This document shows positions 17,529 to 27,139 of a DNA stretch of 64,000 nt, piece after piece. Made by a program: the position numbers and the translations under genes. Under the pieces are notes generated by a model that did not search any database, was not told the DNA's origin, and saw nothing but the letters and a program-made list of their open reading frames with translations. Each line of letters begins with the position of its first letter. Position 1 is the first letter of the stretch. This DNA comes from Nitrospirota bacterium (GTDB lineage: Bacteria; Nitrospirota; Thermodesulfovibrionia; Thermodesulfovibrionales; JdFR-85): contig JAADGG010000041.1 of assembly GCA_013152485.1 (NCBI GenBank), positions 30,791 to 94,790 of the forward strand, in the 5' to 3' direction.

Positions 17529-19505
17529 ATGCGGAAAAAAATAACGCAATACCTCTTGACCATCTTCCTGCTCTTCGCCCTGAGCGGTGGAATAGCGATA
17601 ACGGCCCTGTCCCAGGTCACAAAGGATCTGAACAGCCTGATAACCCTCCACAAGGTAGAGATCATTCGTCAGAACCTCGTCATCAACCTCCAGACCGTAC
17701 AGACCAACCTTTACACGATAGGGACGTCCTTCGGTCCCGACCTGGACGTGATCGTCGACAACGTAAACTCCCTCGACAAGGCGATAACGAGCTGCACGGG
17801 CTGCCACCACAGCGCGGCACTCACAAAGAAACTGACGCGGCTGAAAAAATTCACCGAAAAGTACAAGGAGGCGCTCAGCGCCTTCATAACCACGACCGCC
17901 AATCCCGAACGCGTGAAGAGGCTCCAGATGGCAACGGCGGAAATAGGTGAGATGTTGCTGCAGAGCACACGCGAGATGGCCTTCATCACGAATCAGAAAC
18001 TCAAGGAAAAGTCTGCAACGGCACTGCGCGAGGTCGAACGCATCAAGTGGATACTGCTTGCAAGCCTGTTGGGCATAATGCTCACGGGCTGCATCATTGC
18101 GGTAAACCTCACGAGCGAGATACTCAAGCCCATAAGAGAGCTCTCCGATGCTGCGAGAGAGGTTGCCTCGGGCAATCTCGGCTACACGATAGACACCTCC
18201 GACACCACGGAGTTCGGGCATCTCGCAAGGGTGTTCAACGAGATGAGCCTGTCGCTGAAAGAGAGTCACGAGCGCAGCATGAAGTACATGATGAGACTGA
18301 GCGGACTGTACAGGCTCACCCTCTCCTTCCACATGGTGACCAACGAGCAGGACATCATCAGGGAACTGGTCTTCGGGGTGGCCGAGATCATAAAGGCCGA
18401 GAAGGTGCTCGTCTTCCTGTACAACAAGGAGAAAGACCGGTATTTCTCGGCCTTCCCGGCATACGGATTCACAGACGGTGACATAGAGAACTGGTCCTAC
18501 GAGCCTTCCTTCATAAACAGCATCTATCTCAAAAGCAACAAGAGGTCCATGATAATCCATCCGGAAGACCGCATGGCGAAACAGCTCCTCTTCCGGGCGA
18601 CCGGCGTGCGTAACCTCGCCGTGATATGGCTGAAGCAGAAAGGCGTGCTCACCGGCTTTCTGCTGAGCATAAACAAGGAGGGAGAAGGGTTTACGGAGGA
18701 AGACATCCGGCTGCTCAGCATAATAGCAAACAACTTCTCCGTTGCGATGGACAACGCACAGCTGTACAGGGACCTCCACACCCAGATGCAGAAACTCAAG
18801 GACACACAGGAACAGCTTGTCCAGGCGGCAAAGCTCGCTGCCATAGGCGAGCTCGCAGCAAACATCGCCCACGAGATCAACAATCCCCTGACGAGCGTAC
18901 TCGGCTATGCCGAACTGATGAGGGAGGAGGAGGACATAGAGAGCATAATGAGGGATCTCGAGATCATAGAGTCCGAGTCGCTGAGGGCAAGGGATATCGT
19001 CCAGCAGCTGCTCGAGTTCTCGAGGAAGTGGCCTCTCAAGATAGGCAAGGTGGACGTAAACAGGCTGCTCAAGGACGTCATGGATCTCGTCTCCATCAAC
19101 ATCAAGAACTCCGGGATCGACATAACGACGGATTTTTCGGACCTGCCCGAGATAAACGCTGATGCAAACCAGCTCAAACAGGTCTTCCTCAACCTCATAA
19201 ACAATGCCATACAGGCAATGCCCGAAGGCGGCACGCTCTCGCTCAGGACGGCAAAGGTGGACAACTCGGTGATCATAGAAGTCTCCGACACGGGCACCGG
19301 CATTCCGGACAACGTAGCACAGAAGATATTCGAACCCTTCTTCACGACCAAAAGAGACAAGGGGACCGGGCTGGGGCTTCCGATAAGCTACAGGATCATA
19401 AAAAAGCACGGCGGGAAGATCGAGGTGAAAAGCAGGGTGGAGAGAGGCACCACGTTCAGGGTGATACTGCCGGTCAGGATGTCTTCTTTACAAATATCTC
19501 CTTAG
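17529..19505 (+). CDS. Sensor histidine kinase (TM - helical periplasmic domain with CxxCH - TM - HAMP - GAF - HisKA - HATPase)
   Basis: The H-box is AHEINNPLTSVLGYAELM. N, G1 and G2 boxes are present (LINNAIQAM, DTGTGI, GTGLGL). CTGCHH lies at aa 89-94 between two TM segments. No receiver domain. Confidence 0.85.
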   Translation: MRKKITQYLLTIFLLFALSGGIAITALSQVTKDLNSLITLHKVEIIRQNLVINLQTVQTNLYTIGTSFGPDLDVIVDNVNSLDKAITSCTGCHHSAALTKKLTRLKKFTEKYKEALSAFITTTANPERVKRLQMATAEIGEMLLQSTREMAFITNQKLKEKSATALREVERIKWILLASLLGIMLTGCIIAVNLTSEILKPIRELSDAAREVASGNLGYTIDTSDTTEFGHLARVFNEMSLSLKESHERSMKYMMRLSGLYRLTLSFHMVTNEQDIIRELVFGVAEIIKAEKVLVFLYNKEKDRYFSAFPAYGFTDGDIENWSYEPSFINSIYLKSNKRSMIIHPEDRMAKQLLFRATGVRNLAVIWLKQKGVLTGFLLSINKEGEGFTEEDIRLLSIIANNFSVAMDNAQLYRDLHTQMQKLKDTQEQLVQAAKLAAIGELAANIAHEINNPLTSVLGYAELMREEEDIESIMRDLEIIESESLRARDIVQQLLEFSRKWPLKIGKVDVNRLLKDVMDLVSINIKNSGIDITTDFSDLPEINADANQLKQVFLNLINNAIQAMPEGGTLSLRTAKVDNSVIIEVSDTGTGIPDNVAQKIFEPFFTTKRDKGTGLGLPISYRIIKKHGGKIEVKSRVERGTTFRVILPVRMSSLQISP

Positions 19506-20133
19506 CTATGTCTATATCGATCGCCACGGTGGTCTCGTCGACCTGGACCACAACCGAAGGCCATTTCTGGAGGAGCTTCAGGGTGGAGCCTGCATTTATG
19601 CCTATGGAGTTCAGTCTGTTCAGTCGTGACGGGTCGGACGGCACTATATAGACTATCCTGCCCTTTTGCCCCACCTCGAAGTCTGCAAGCCTCACGACCA
19701 GCGGCTCCACATCCACCTTGTACTTCTTGCAGCACTCTCCCCTCGGAATCGGCTTGTCATGAGGACACGTGGGGGGATGGCCGAGGAAGGTACAGACGCT
19801 GTCGGTCAGTTCCTTGCTCAGTATATGCTCCATCTTGCAGGCATCCTCGTGTATGTACTCCTCCTTCATCTCGAAAACGTCTGCAAAGAGCCTTTCGGCA
19901 AGCCTGTGTCTGCGCACCACGCCCCTGGCTATCTCCTTGCCCTCGGGGGTGAACTTCACGTCTTCGCCGTCGACGGTTATGAGCCCCCTCTTCTGCAGCT
20001 CGGCTATGGTCTTCTCTATGCCCTCATCGTCGGAGCAGCCCTTGAGGCGTTTCAGTCCGCCCTTCTCCTCTTCTTCCAGGACCCAAAGGAGCTCCAGCGC
20101 CTCTTCCAGCCGTTCCTGATCCATCGTCTCCAT
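19474..20133 (-). CDS. DtxR/MntR-family metal-dependent repressor with C-terminal FeoA (SH3-like) domain
   Basis: VRRHRLAERLF and metal-site residues (HEDACKMEH) are present, with a C-terminal FeoA-like LADFEVGQKGRIVYI. The 3' end overlaps the kinase 3' end by 32 nt (convergent). Confidence 0.85.
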   Translation of the reverse strand: METMDQERLEEALELLWVLEEEEKGGLKRLKGCSDDEGIEKTIAELQKRGLITVDGEDVKFTPEGKEIARGVVRRHRLAERLFADVFEMKEEYIHEDACKMEHILSKELTDSVCTFLGHPPTCPHDKPIPRGECCKKYKVDVEPLVVRLADFEVGQKGRIVYIVPSDPSRLNRLNSIGINAGSTLKLLQKWPSVVVQVDETTVAIDIDIAKEIFVKKTS

Positions 20134-20260
20134 TTGAATATTATACCCTAAACCCGTGCTGAACTTTCATCATGGTTCATCGCCGCCCCGCCCTCCGTGG
20201 TGCAGATGCACACGAACTTCCGGCCCGGAAGCGGGGAGAGAGGGTGCCGGCGCGCCTTCA

Positions 20261-21721
20261 TCACCGGTTGAGCCGGTCGATGCCAGGCCGCCTCTCGTGC
20301 CACCCGGTGGACTGCTCGAAGGCATATGAAACATTCAAGACGGCCGCCTCGTCAAAATGCTTTCCGATGATCTGGAGTCCCACGGGAAGGCCCTCGGTGG
20401 TATACCCGCATGGGATGGATATTGCGGGCACTCCGGCCAGGTTCACGGATATGGTGAATATGTCGCTGAGATACATCTGCAGCGGGTCGGAAACCTTGTC
20501 GCCGATCCTGAATGCAGCCGTCGGACTCGTCGGCGTCACTATGACGTCGACCTCTTCGAAGGCCTTCTCGAAATCCGACTTTACCAGGGTCCTCACCTGC
20601 TGCGCCTTCCTGTAGTATGCATCGTAGTAACCGGCCGAGAGTGCGTAGGTGCCGAGCATTATCCTCCTCTTCACTTCAGGGCCGAACCCTGACGCCCTCG
20701 TCTCCATGTACATGTCGATCAGGTCCTTGCCTTCAGCCCTGAACCCGTACTTTACGCCGTCGAATCTGGCAAGGTTGGAGCTCGCCTCTGATGTGGCAAG
20801 GATGTAATACGTGGCGACCGCATACCCGGTATGCGGCAGGGATACCTCGACAACCTCTGCACCAAGCCGTTCCAGCGCTTCTATGGCATCCCGGACGCTG
20901 CGTTCAACATCCGGATCGAGACCCTCTATGAAATACTCCCTCGGAACCCCGATCCTGAGCCCCCGGATCTCACGGTCCAGCCCCGAGGTGAAGTCAGGAG
21001 CCTCCACGGGCACGGATGTGCTGTCTCTCTTGTCATGGCCTGATATGACGTTAAGAAGCAGGGCTGCGTCCTTCACGCATTTCGTTATGGGACCTATCTG
21101 ATCGAGAGACGAGGCAAAGGCGACAAGCCCGTAGCGCGAGACCCTTCCATAAGTGGGCTTCAGACCGACAACCCCGCAGAAGGCCGCCGGCTGCCGTATG
21201 GAGCCACCCGTATCAGAGCCGAGCGCTCCCAGACACTCGTCCGCAGCCACTGCTGCAGCCGAGCCGCCGCTGGAACCTCCCGGAACCCGCTCCAGATCCC
21301 AGGGATTGCGTGTCACGAAGAACCCGGAGTTCTCGGTGGAGGAACCCATGGCGAACTCGTCGAGGTTCGTCTTGCCGACGAGCACATATCCGCTGCTGTT
21401 GAGCTTCTCGGTCACCGAGCTCTCATACGGCGGGACGAATCCTTCGAGGATCTTCGAGGAGCAGGTCGTCCTGATCCCCTTGGTGCATATATTGTCCTTT
21501 ACTGCAAGGGGGATACCGGCGAGCGAGCCGTCGTCACCTGTACGGGCCAGGGTTTCAATGCGTTCATATGCCTCGGCCCTCGTCAGGGAGACAAATGCCT
21601 TGACGCTGCCTTCGACCGCCTCGATCCTGCTGAAGACGGCATCCAGAATATCCTTGGCGGACACCTCGCCCCTGCGCAGAAGGTCGCGTGCTTCGGAGAT
21701 GCCGAGTCTGAAGAGTTCCAA
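20261..21721 (-). CDS. gatA: Glu-tRNA(Gln)/Asp-tRNA(Asn) amidotransferase subunit A
   Basis: Amidase signature [13 protein letters not shown] and the overall GatA layout. Confidence 0.92.
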   Translation of the reverse strand: MELFRLGISEARDLLRRGEVSAKDILDAVFSRIEAVEGSVKAFVSLTRAEAYERIETLARTGDDGSLAGIPLAVKDNICTKGIRTTCSSKILEGFVPPYESSVTEKLNSSGYVLVGKTNLDEFAMGSSTENSGFFVTRNPWDLERVPGGSSGGSAAAVAADECLGALGSDTGGSIRQPAAFCGVVGLKPTYGRVSRYGLVAFASSLDQIGPITKCVKDAALLLNVISGHDKRDSTSVPVEAPDFTSGLDREIRGLRIGVPREYFIEGLDPDVERSVRDAIEALERLGAEVVEVSLPHTGYAVATYYILATSEASSNLARFDGVKYGFRAEGKDLIDMYMETRASGFGPEVKRRIMLGTYALSAGYYDAYYRKAQQVRTLVKSDFEKAFEEVDVIVTPTSPTAAFRIGDKVSDPLQMYLSDIFTISVNLAGVPAISIPCGYTTEGLPVGLQIIGKHFDEAAVLNVSYAFEQSTGWHERRPGIDRLNR

Positions 21722-21822
21722 TCAGATCCCCCGTGCCGAAATAATATAAAGTGGTATTAATTATATAGGCTCAACAAAGAAGTTTGCAAGTTTTACACAC
21801 TCTGAATTAAACTATCTTAAAT

Positions 21823-22725
21823 ATGGATCCTGCAACTCATATCCTCACAGGCACGCTGCTGTCCAGGTGTTTTCCCAAAAGGAAGGCATCTCTTGCAATG
21901 CTGGTATTTGCTGCAAACGCCCCGGATCTCGACTACATAACATACCTCTGGGGAGCCGATGTGTTTCTGAGGTACCACCGTGGGTTTACACACGGCATAG
22001 CCTCGCTTGTGCTCTTCTCTCTCCTTGCAGGTCTGCTGATGCATGCAGTCTTCAAGCGGGGATTCGCATACTTCGCGCTGATATCATCCGCAGGCTATGC
22101 AAGCCACATCCTGCTCGACCTCCTGAACCGCTATCCCGTAAGGGTATTCTCTCCATTCGACTGGTCGAAGTACTCGCTGGACCTCCTCTTCGTCATTGAT
22201 CCGTATATTACAGGGGCGCTCCTGCTGGGAGTGATCCTGACGATCAGGAGAGAGAACAGGAAGCGGCTGATCGTGGCCGCCACCATGATCGTCGTCTCGG
22301 TCTACCTGACGGGAAGGCTGTATCTCAAAGGGCTCGCCGAGGATTTCCTCAGGACACGGTTGGATGCTTACAGCTACAACCTCTTCCCCCTGCCGAACGA
22401 CTTTCTGAGGTGGTGGTTCGTCACCGACTCTGCAGGGGTCTACAGGATCGGCACAGTAGACCTCTTTACAAGGAGGGTCGGTGTTTACGAGGAGTTCACA
22501 TATTCCGAGGACGAGCCCGAAGTAAGGGAGTCCAAGCAGTTGCGGACGGTGAAGAACTTTCTCTTCTTCTCGAGGTTTCCCCTGCCGGAGATCGAGAGGA
22601 GAGGTGGAGAGGCCGTCGTGACCTGGCGGGAGCTCTCGTATTCATTCCTCCCCGGAGATCACTTCATAGCCCGTGTAAGGTTCGACAGGATGGGACGCGC
22701 GGTGCAGCAGAGCATCGAATTTTAG
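21823..22725 (+). CDS. YdjM-family membrane-bound metal-dependent hydrolase
   Basis: MDPATHILTG..HRGFTHG motifs and multiple TM segments. Confidence 0.7.
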   Translation: MDPATHILTGTLLSRCFPKRKASLAMLVFAANAPDLDYITYLWGADVFLRYHRGFTHGIASLVLFSLLAGLLMHAVFKRGFAYFALISSAGYASHILLDLLNRYPVRVFSPFDWSKYSLDLLFVIDPYITGALLLGVILTIRRENRKRLIVAATMIVVSVYLTGRLYLKGLAEDFLRTRLDAYSYNLFPLPNDFLRWWFVTDSAGVYRIGTVDLFTRRVGVYEEFTYSEDEPEVRESKQLRTVKNFLFFSRFPLPEIERRGGEAVVTWRELSYSFLPGDHFIARVRFDRMGRAVQQSIEF

Positions 22726-22746
22726 CGCCTGACGCGAACGGGAGCC

Positions 22747-24135
22747 ATGGATATCCTGAAGAAAGTAAAGCAGACGATAAAAGAACACTCCATGCTCAAA
22801 GGCGGAGAGAGGGTGTTGGTAGGGCTCTCCGGCGGACCTGATTCGGTCTCGCTGCTGCATATTCTGGACGAGCTGAAAGGGGAGTTGGGACTTACCCTAC
22901 TCGCACTCTACGTCGACCATGGTCTCAGGCCCGAGCAGACCCCGAAAGAGATCGAGTTCTGCGCCGGGGTGGCCGAACGGCTGAACGTACCCTTCAGCGT
23001 AAGGAGCGTCGACGTAAAGGGACTCTCTGTCAGGGAGCGGCTCGGCATCCAGGAGGCCGCGCGGGAGCTCAGGTACCTCGCCTTCGAGGAGCATGCATAT
23101 CAAACAGAGGCCGACAGGGTCGCTACAGGGCATAACGCCGATGATCAGGCCGAGACCCTCCTGATGAGGCTCCTGCGCGGCGCCGGACCACGGGGGCTCG
23201 CAGGCATACCACCTGTACGGGGAATGTTCATAAGACCGCTTATCCGTACGGAGCGCAGCGAGATCGAGAAGTTCCTGCACGACAGGGGGGTCGGGTTCAT
23301 TGTTGATGCTTCAAACCTGAAGCAGGACTACCTTAGGAACAGGCTGCGTAAGGAAGTGCTGCCCGCCCTCGGGAAATTCAATCCCAACCTGACGGCAACC
23401 CTCTGCAGGACAGCCGACATACTCCGTGAAGAGAACGAATATCTGGAAACAGCAGTCACGAAGGCCCTGATGAGGCTCATCAGCCGCAAGACCGACGAGA
23501 GCATAGAGCTGTTCCTCTCACCGCTTGAACACATGGAAAAGGTCATCCTCAGGAGGGCCCTTATGAGGGCCGTCGGAGAGACACGGGGACTGCGGGGCAT
23601 AGGTCTCGAACATATAGAGGAGATGATCTCCCTGATAAGGAGAGGTACGAGCGGATCAAGGATCTACCTGCCGGGGGGAGTCCGTGTCATAAGGGATTAC
23701 TCCACCCTGGTCATCACATCGGCGGCACCCCGGAAACTGAGCGAGTATGTGCTGAAGGTACCCGGCGAAACAGTGCTTAAGGAGGCCGGTATCGTCCTGA
23801 TAGCGAGCACTCTTGACTCTCCAACAAGTACAGGTGACGGCAGGACCGAGGCGGTCTTCGACCTCGAGAGGCTGAGTTTTCCCCTGAAGGTGCGCCCCAG
23901 ACGGGCTGGAGACTTCTTTTACCCCTCGGGGTTCGGAAAGAGGAAGAAACTTCAGGACTACTTTGTCGACGAGAAGGTCCCGAGAGACCTCAGAGACACC
24001 GTACCGCTGCTCCTTTCGGGAGAGGAGATCATATGGGTGGTCGGCTACAGGACGGATGATCGCTACATCGTGAGACCGTCGAGCAGGAAGGCTCTCAGGA
24101 TAACGGTCAGGATGGCAAGACACGACAGGCCTTGA
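22747..24135 (+). CDS. tilS: tRNA(Ile)-lysidine synthase
   Basis: PP-loop LVGLSGGPDSVSL. The length and C-terminal TilS domain fit. Confidence 0.9.
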   Translation: MDILKKVKQTIKEHSMLKGGERVLVGLSGGPDSVSLLHILDELKGELGLTLLALYVDHGLRPEQTPKEIEFCAGVAERLNVPFSVRSVDVKGLSVRERLGIQEAARELRYLAFEEHAYQTEADRVATGHNADDQAETLLMRLLRGAGPRGLAGIPPVRGMFIRPLIRTERSEIEKFLHDRGVGFIVDASNLKQDYLRNRLRKEVLPALGKFNPNLTATLCRTADILREENEYLETAVTKALMRLISRKTDESIELFLSPLEHMEKVILRRALMRAVGETRGLRGIGLEHIEEMISLIRRGTSGSRIYLPGGVRVIRDYSTLVITSAAPRKLSEYVLKVPGETVLKEAGIVLIASTLDSPTSTGDGRTEAVFDLERLSFPLKVRPRRAGDFFYPSGFGKRKKLQDYFVDEKVPRDLRDTVPLLLSGEEIIWVVGYRTDDRYIVRPSSRKALRITVRMARHDRP

Positions 24136-24227
24136 GGGGTCGGGCCAGCCGTGTTTTGTGGTATAATTTCTATGTAGGGACGGGGGAGTGCAGTTACAAA
24201 CCACGCAGTCATCAAAGGAGGGGATCC

Positions 24228-24845
24228 ATGGAGAAGGAGGGGACCATGAAAGAGGTCGATACGAGAGAGGCCGTATCCAAGATTCACGGGATGAGCCAGG
24301 GTCTCGAGGAGGCCATATCGCTTCTCTACAATGCTTTCATCTACAACCGGGACACGTTCATCGATGAAGCCGAAGTGATAATCAAGGGAGTGAAAGATGT
24401 CGAGAAAGACCTGACCGATGTCCTGATCACGGCTTCGAAGTCGGATGAGACGGCCCGTCTCTTCTCCACTGTTCCGGCCCACATAGAAAGGATGGCGGGC
24501 AACCTCGAACACATAGCCCGCGCCATAAGGACGAAGGTCAGGGAAAGCATCCTCTTCAGCGACAAGGCGATCTCGGAGCTCAGTTTTCTCTTTCAGAGGA
24601 CGAGGGAGATATTAAATACGATCAGTGACCTCATACTTGCAAGGAATACATTCATTGCAAACTACATCAAGAAGTCCGAACTCGAGATAGAACGGACCGC
24701 CGACAGGTTTGCGACACTTCACGAGGAGAGGCTGGTCGAAGGGCTCTGCCTTCCAAAGTCATCAGGACTCTACATACTCATGCTCGATTCGATCAAGCGT
24801 ATTGCGTACAATGCAAAGGAGATCGCCCAGAAACTCACGAAGTGA
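24228..24845 (+). CDS. PhoU-domain-like helical protein
   Basis: An all-helical ~205-aa protein with two PhoU-like repeats. The start was moved to the ATG at 24228, which is preceded by AAGGAGG. The family call is tentative. Confidence 0.4.
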   Translation: MEKEGTMKEVDTREAVSKIHGMSQGLEEAISLLYNAFIYNRDTFIDEAEVIIKGVKDVEKDLTDVLITASKSDETARLFSTVPAHIERMAGNLEHIARAIRTKVRESILFSDKAISELSFLFQRTREILNTISDLILARNTFIANYIKKSELEIERTADRFATLHEERLVEGLCLPKSSGLYILMLDSIKRIAYNAKEIAQKLTK

Positions 24846-25097
24846 GTCCATGCCCGCGTATCTGAGGCTCTCCACCGATGAGCTCGGCAGGAGGACCAGC
24901 GAATTGCGTACAATGCAAAGGAGATCATCCAGAAACTCACGAAGTGAGTCCATGCCCGCGTATCTGAGGCTCTCCTCGATGAGCTCGGAAGGAGGACCAG
25001 CGTATTGCGCACAATGCAAAGGAGATCATCCAGAAACTCACGAAGTGAGTTCATGCCCGCGTATCTGAGGCTCTCCACCGATGAGCTCGGCAGGAGG
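24801..25097. repeat. Tandem repeat, ~2.9 copies of a 102-bp unit spanning a gene junction
   Basis: Units start at 24801, 24903 and 25004 (periods 102 and 101 nt). Each unit carries the last ~14 codons plus stop of the PhoU-like gene and the first ~15 codons of the radical SAM gene. The copies differ by a few substitutions and one 1-nt deletion. Confidence 0.9.
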
Positions 25098-25958
25098 GCG
25101 GACGAAGCAGGAGAGAGGCTCACGTCGTGCAGACTCTGCCCGAGAGGCTGCGGGGTGAACCGCAGAGAAGGGGAACTGGGTTTCTGCCGCACAGGGGACA
25201 AACCCGTCGTCTCAAGCTGGGGGCCTCATTTCGGCGAGGAGAGACCCCTTGTGGGACGCGGTGGTTCAGGAACCGTCTTTTTCACAAACTGCAACCTCGG
25301 GTGTCTCTTCTGTCAGAACTACACCATAAGCCACCTCGGCGAGGGGGCGGAAACGAGCATCGAGATGCTCTCAACCATCATGACGGGGCTTCAGGCACGG
25401 GGCTGCCACAACATCAACCTTGTAACCCCGACACATCAGGTCCCCATGATACTGGAGGCCCTGAGGCTCGCAACAGAGGGCGGCCTGCGCATCCCTCTCG
25501 TATACAACACCGGTGGATACGAGTCGGTCGAGACACTGAGGATTCTCGACGGCATAGTGGACATATACATGCCTGATTTCAAGTTCTCCGATCCGGAGAT
25601 GTCCAAGCGGTACTCTGCCGCCCCTGATTATCCAGAGGTCGCCAAAGAGGCGATAAAGGAGATGCACAGGCAGGTGGGCGACCTCGTGATCAACGAGGAA
25701 GGGATTGCAGAACGGGGGCTGCTCGTAAGACACCTCGTCATGCCGGAAGGCATCGCGGGCACCGAAGAGGTTGTCCGGTTCATAGCAGAGGAGATATCCC
25801 CGCACACATATATCAATATCATGGACCAGTACCACCCTTGCTACAGGGCGTTCGACCACCCACCCCTGAACCGCAGGATAACGCCGGAGGAGTACCGGGA
25901 CGCGGTCCAGGCAGCCATACGCGCCGGACTCAAGCGTATCGACGGCGTTACGTGCTGA
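25053..25958 (+). CDS. Radical SAM protein, PflX-like (COG1313-type)
   Basis: CNLGCLFCQN (CxxxCxxC) and N-terminal CRLCPRGCGVNR..GFC are present. The start was taken at the third repeat copy ATG (25053). Confidence 0.8.
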   Translation: MPAYLRLSTDELGRRADEAGERLTSCRLCPRGCGVNRREGELGFCRTGDKPVVSSWGPHFGEERPLVGRGGSGTVFFTNCNLGCLFCQNYTISHLGEGAETSIEMLSTIMTGLQARGCHNINLVTPTHQVPMILEALRLATEGGLRIPLVYNTGGYESVETLRILDGIVDIYMPDFKFSDPEMSKRYSAAPDYPEVAKEAIKEMHRQVGDLVINEEGIAERGLLVRHLVMPEGIAGTEEVVRFIAEEISPHTYINIMDQYHPCYRAFDHPPLNRRITPEEYRDAVQAAIRAGLKRIDGVTC

Positions 25959-25960
25959 CG

Positions 25961-26440
25961 TCACAGGGGAATGATGTCAGCCTCCATCCTGCCGATATCC
26001 ACAACGGCAACCGTTGCCTTTCCGTAGAGCCAGTGCCCCGCCTCTCCGGGGTTTACGACGAGCGTATCGTCGATCCTCTGGACCTCCGCCCGGTGTGTGT
26101 GTCCGTAGACGATGAGGTCGAAATGCCCGCTTGCGGCAAGGTCGTCGACAAGGTCAGGCTCGTGCATCACAATTATCCTCTTGTCCGCAAAGGTGAACTT
26201 GTGGGGCTGGCGATGGATCCTGCCCTTTGAACGATCCCTCAGCAGGAGCTTGTCTCCGTCGTTGTTCCCGTAAATACCGACAAAGTCGGCCTTCAGATCC
26301 CCGAACGGCTTCAGGGAAAACGGCGAAGTGAAGTCACCTGCATGAATAACAAGGGAGACCCCCTTCTCATTGAAGACGGATACGGCCTCTGCTATCCTGT
26401 CCACATTGTCGTGGGTATCAGATATCAGTCCAACCAGCAT
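25961..26440 (-). CDS. YfcE/MJ0936-family metallophosphoesterase
   Basis: ISDTHDN, HAGDF and YGHTH motifs. Confidence 0.85.
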   Translation of the reverse strand: MLVGLISDTHDNVDRIAEAVSVFNEKGVSLVIHAGDFTSPFSLKPFGDLKADFVGIYGNNDGDKLLLRDRSKGRIHRQPHKFTFADKRIIVMHEPDLVDDLAASGHFDLIVYGHTHRAEVQRIDDTLVVNPGEAGHWLYGKATVAVVDIGRMEADIIPL

Positions 26441-26530
26441 AAGTCTCCTCCTCCGTAAACGACTACTGTCTTGACACTATTCCGGCAACCGCCTGAAACA
26501 CCAGGGACAAACCGCCGGTCGCTTTCCTGC

Positions 26531-27139
26531 TCAACGCAGTCTCACCGTATTTTCGATACCGATCCTTATCATCATCACGGCTATGGAGGCGAGCAGAATG
26601 GCCATCAGCTTGGAGAGTGCCATCATGCCGTTCTTTCCGAGCCAGCGGGTTATCCTTGCCGAGTTCCGGAAAAAGACCCATACGATCATGAGATTCAGCA
26701 ACAGGGCCGTAACGGTCAAACCGACTCCATAGTGCTCCATCAGAACAAGCAGCGTAGTGAGCACCGCCGGGCCGACTATGAGGGGCACCCCTATGGGGAC
26801 CACTCCCACCCCCTCGTCGAGGACCCGCCTCCTCCTGTCTTCGTGCCTGACGACCTCGAGAATCGCTATCACCAGAAGCAGGAGGCCGCCGGCTATCTTG
26901 AAATCATCCACCGTAATGCCGAGCAACGTAAATATCGCCTCACCGACCGCGAGGAATCCCGAGCTCACGAGCAGGGCGGTCAGAATGGAGAGCCTGATGA
27001 CCCGCTCGGTCTTTTTCTGCGGCAGGCCGGCCGTGTATGCCATGAAGAGGGGCAGCAAGGCAAAGATATCCACTGCAACGAAGATAGGAATAAAGGTGTT
27101 GGGGAGGTTACCTATGTATGACAGGACCGACTCGATCAT
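26531..27139 (-). CDS. MarC-family integral membrane protein
   Basis: FIPIFVAVDIFALLPLF and about six TM segments. The start is at the internal ATG 27139, forming an ATGA overlap with the upstream DedA gene. Confidence 0.8.
   Translation of the reverse strand: MIESVLSYIGNLPNTFIPIFVAVDIFALLPLFMAYTAGLPQKKTERVIRLSILTALLVSSGFLAVGEAIFTLLGITVDDFKIAGGLLLLVIAILEVVRHEDRRRRVLDEGVGVVPIGVPLIVGPAVLTTLLVLMEHYGVGLTVTALLLNLMIVWVFFRNSARITRWLGKNGMMALSKLMAILLASIAVMMIRIGIENTVRLR

Noticed and set aside
17493-19409. A 638-aa ORF on the minus strand
   Set aside because: It is entirely antisense to the well-supported histidine kinase (H, N and G boxes on the + strand). The translation is Arg/Leu/Val/His-rich with no recognisable motif. 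This is a typical shadow ORF in GC-biased coding DNA.
24801-25097. Possibility that the tandem repeat is a CRISPR array
   Set aside because: The units are contiguous with no unique spacers. The unit length (102 bp) and content (gene ends) do not fit, and there are no cas genes in the window.
24709-25201. ORFs 24709..25068 (+), 24762..25019 (-) and 24770..25201 (-) with internally repeated peptides
   Set aside because: They are by-products of the 102-bp tandem triplication. Their repeated peptide segments are out-of-frame or antisense readings of the duplicated junction.
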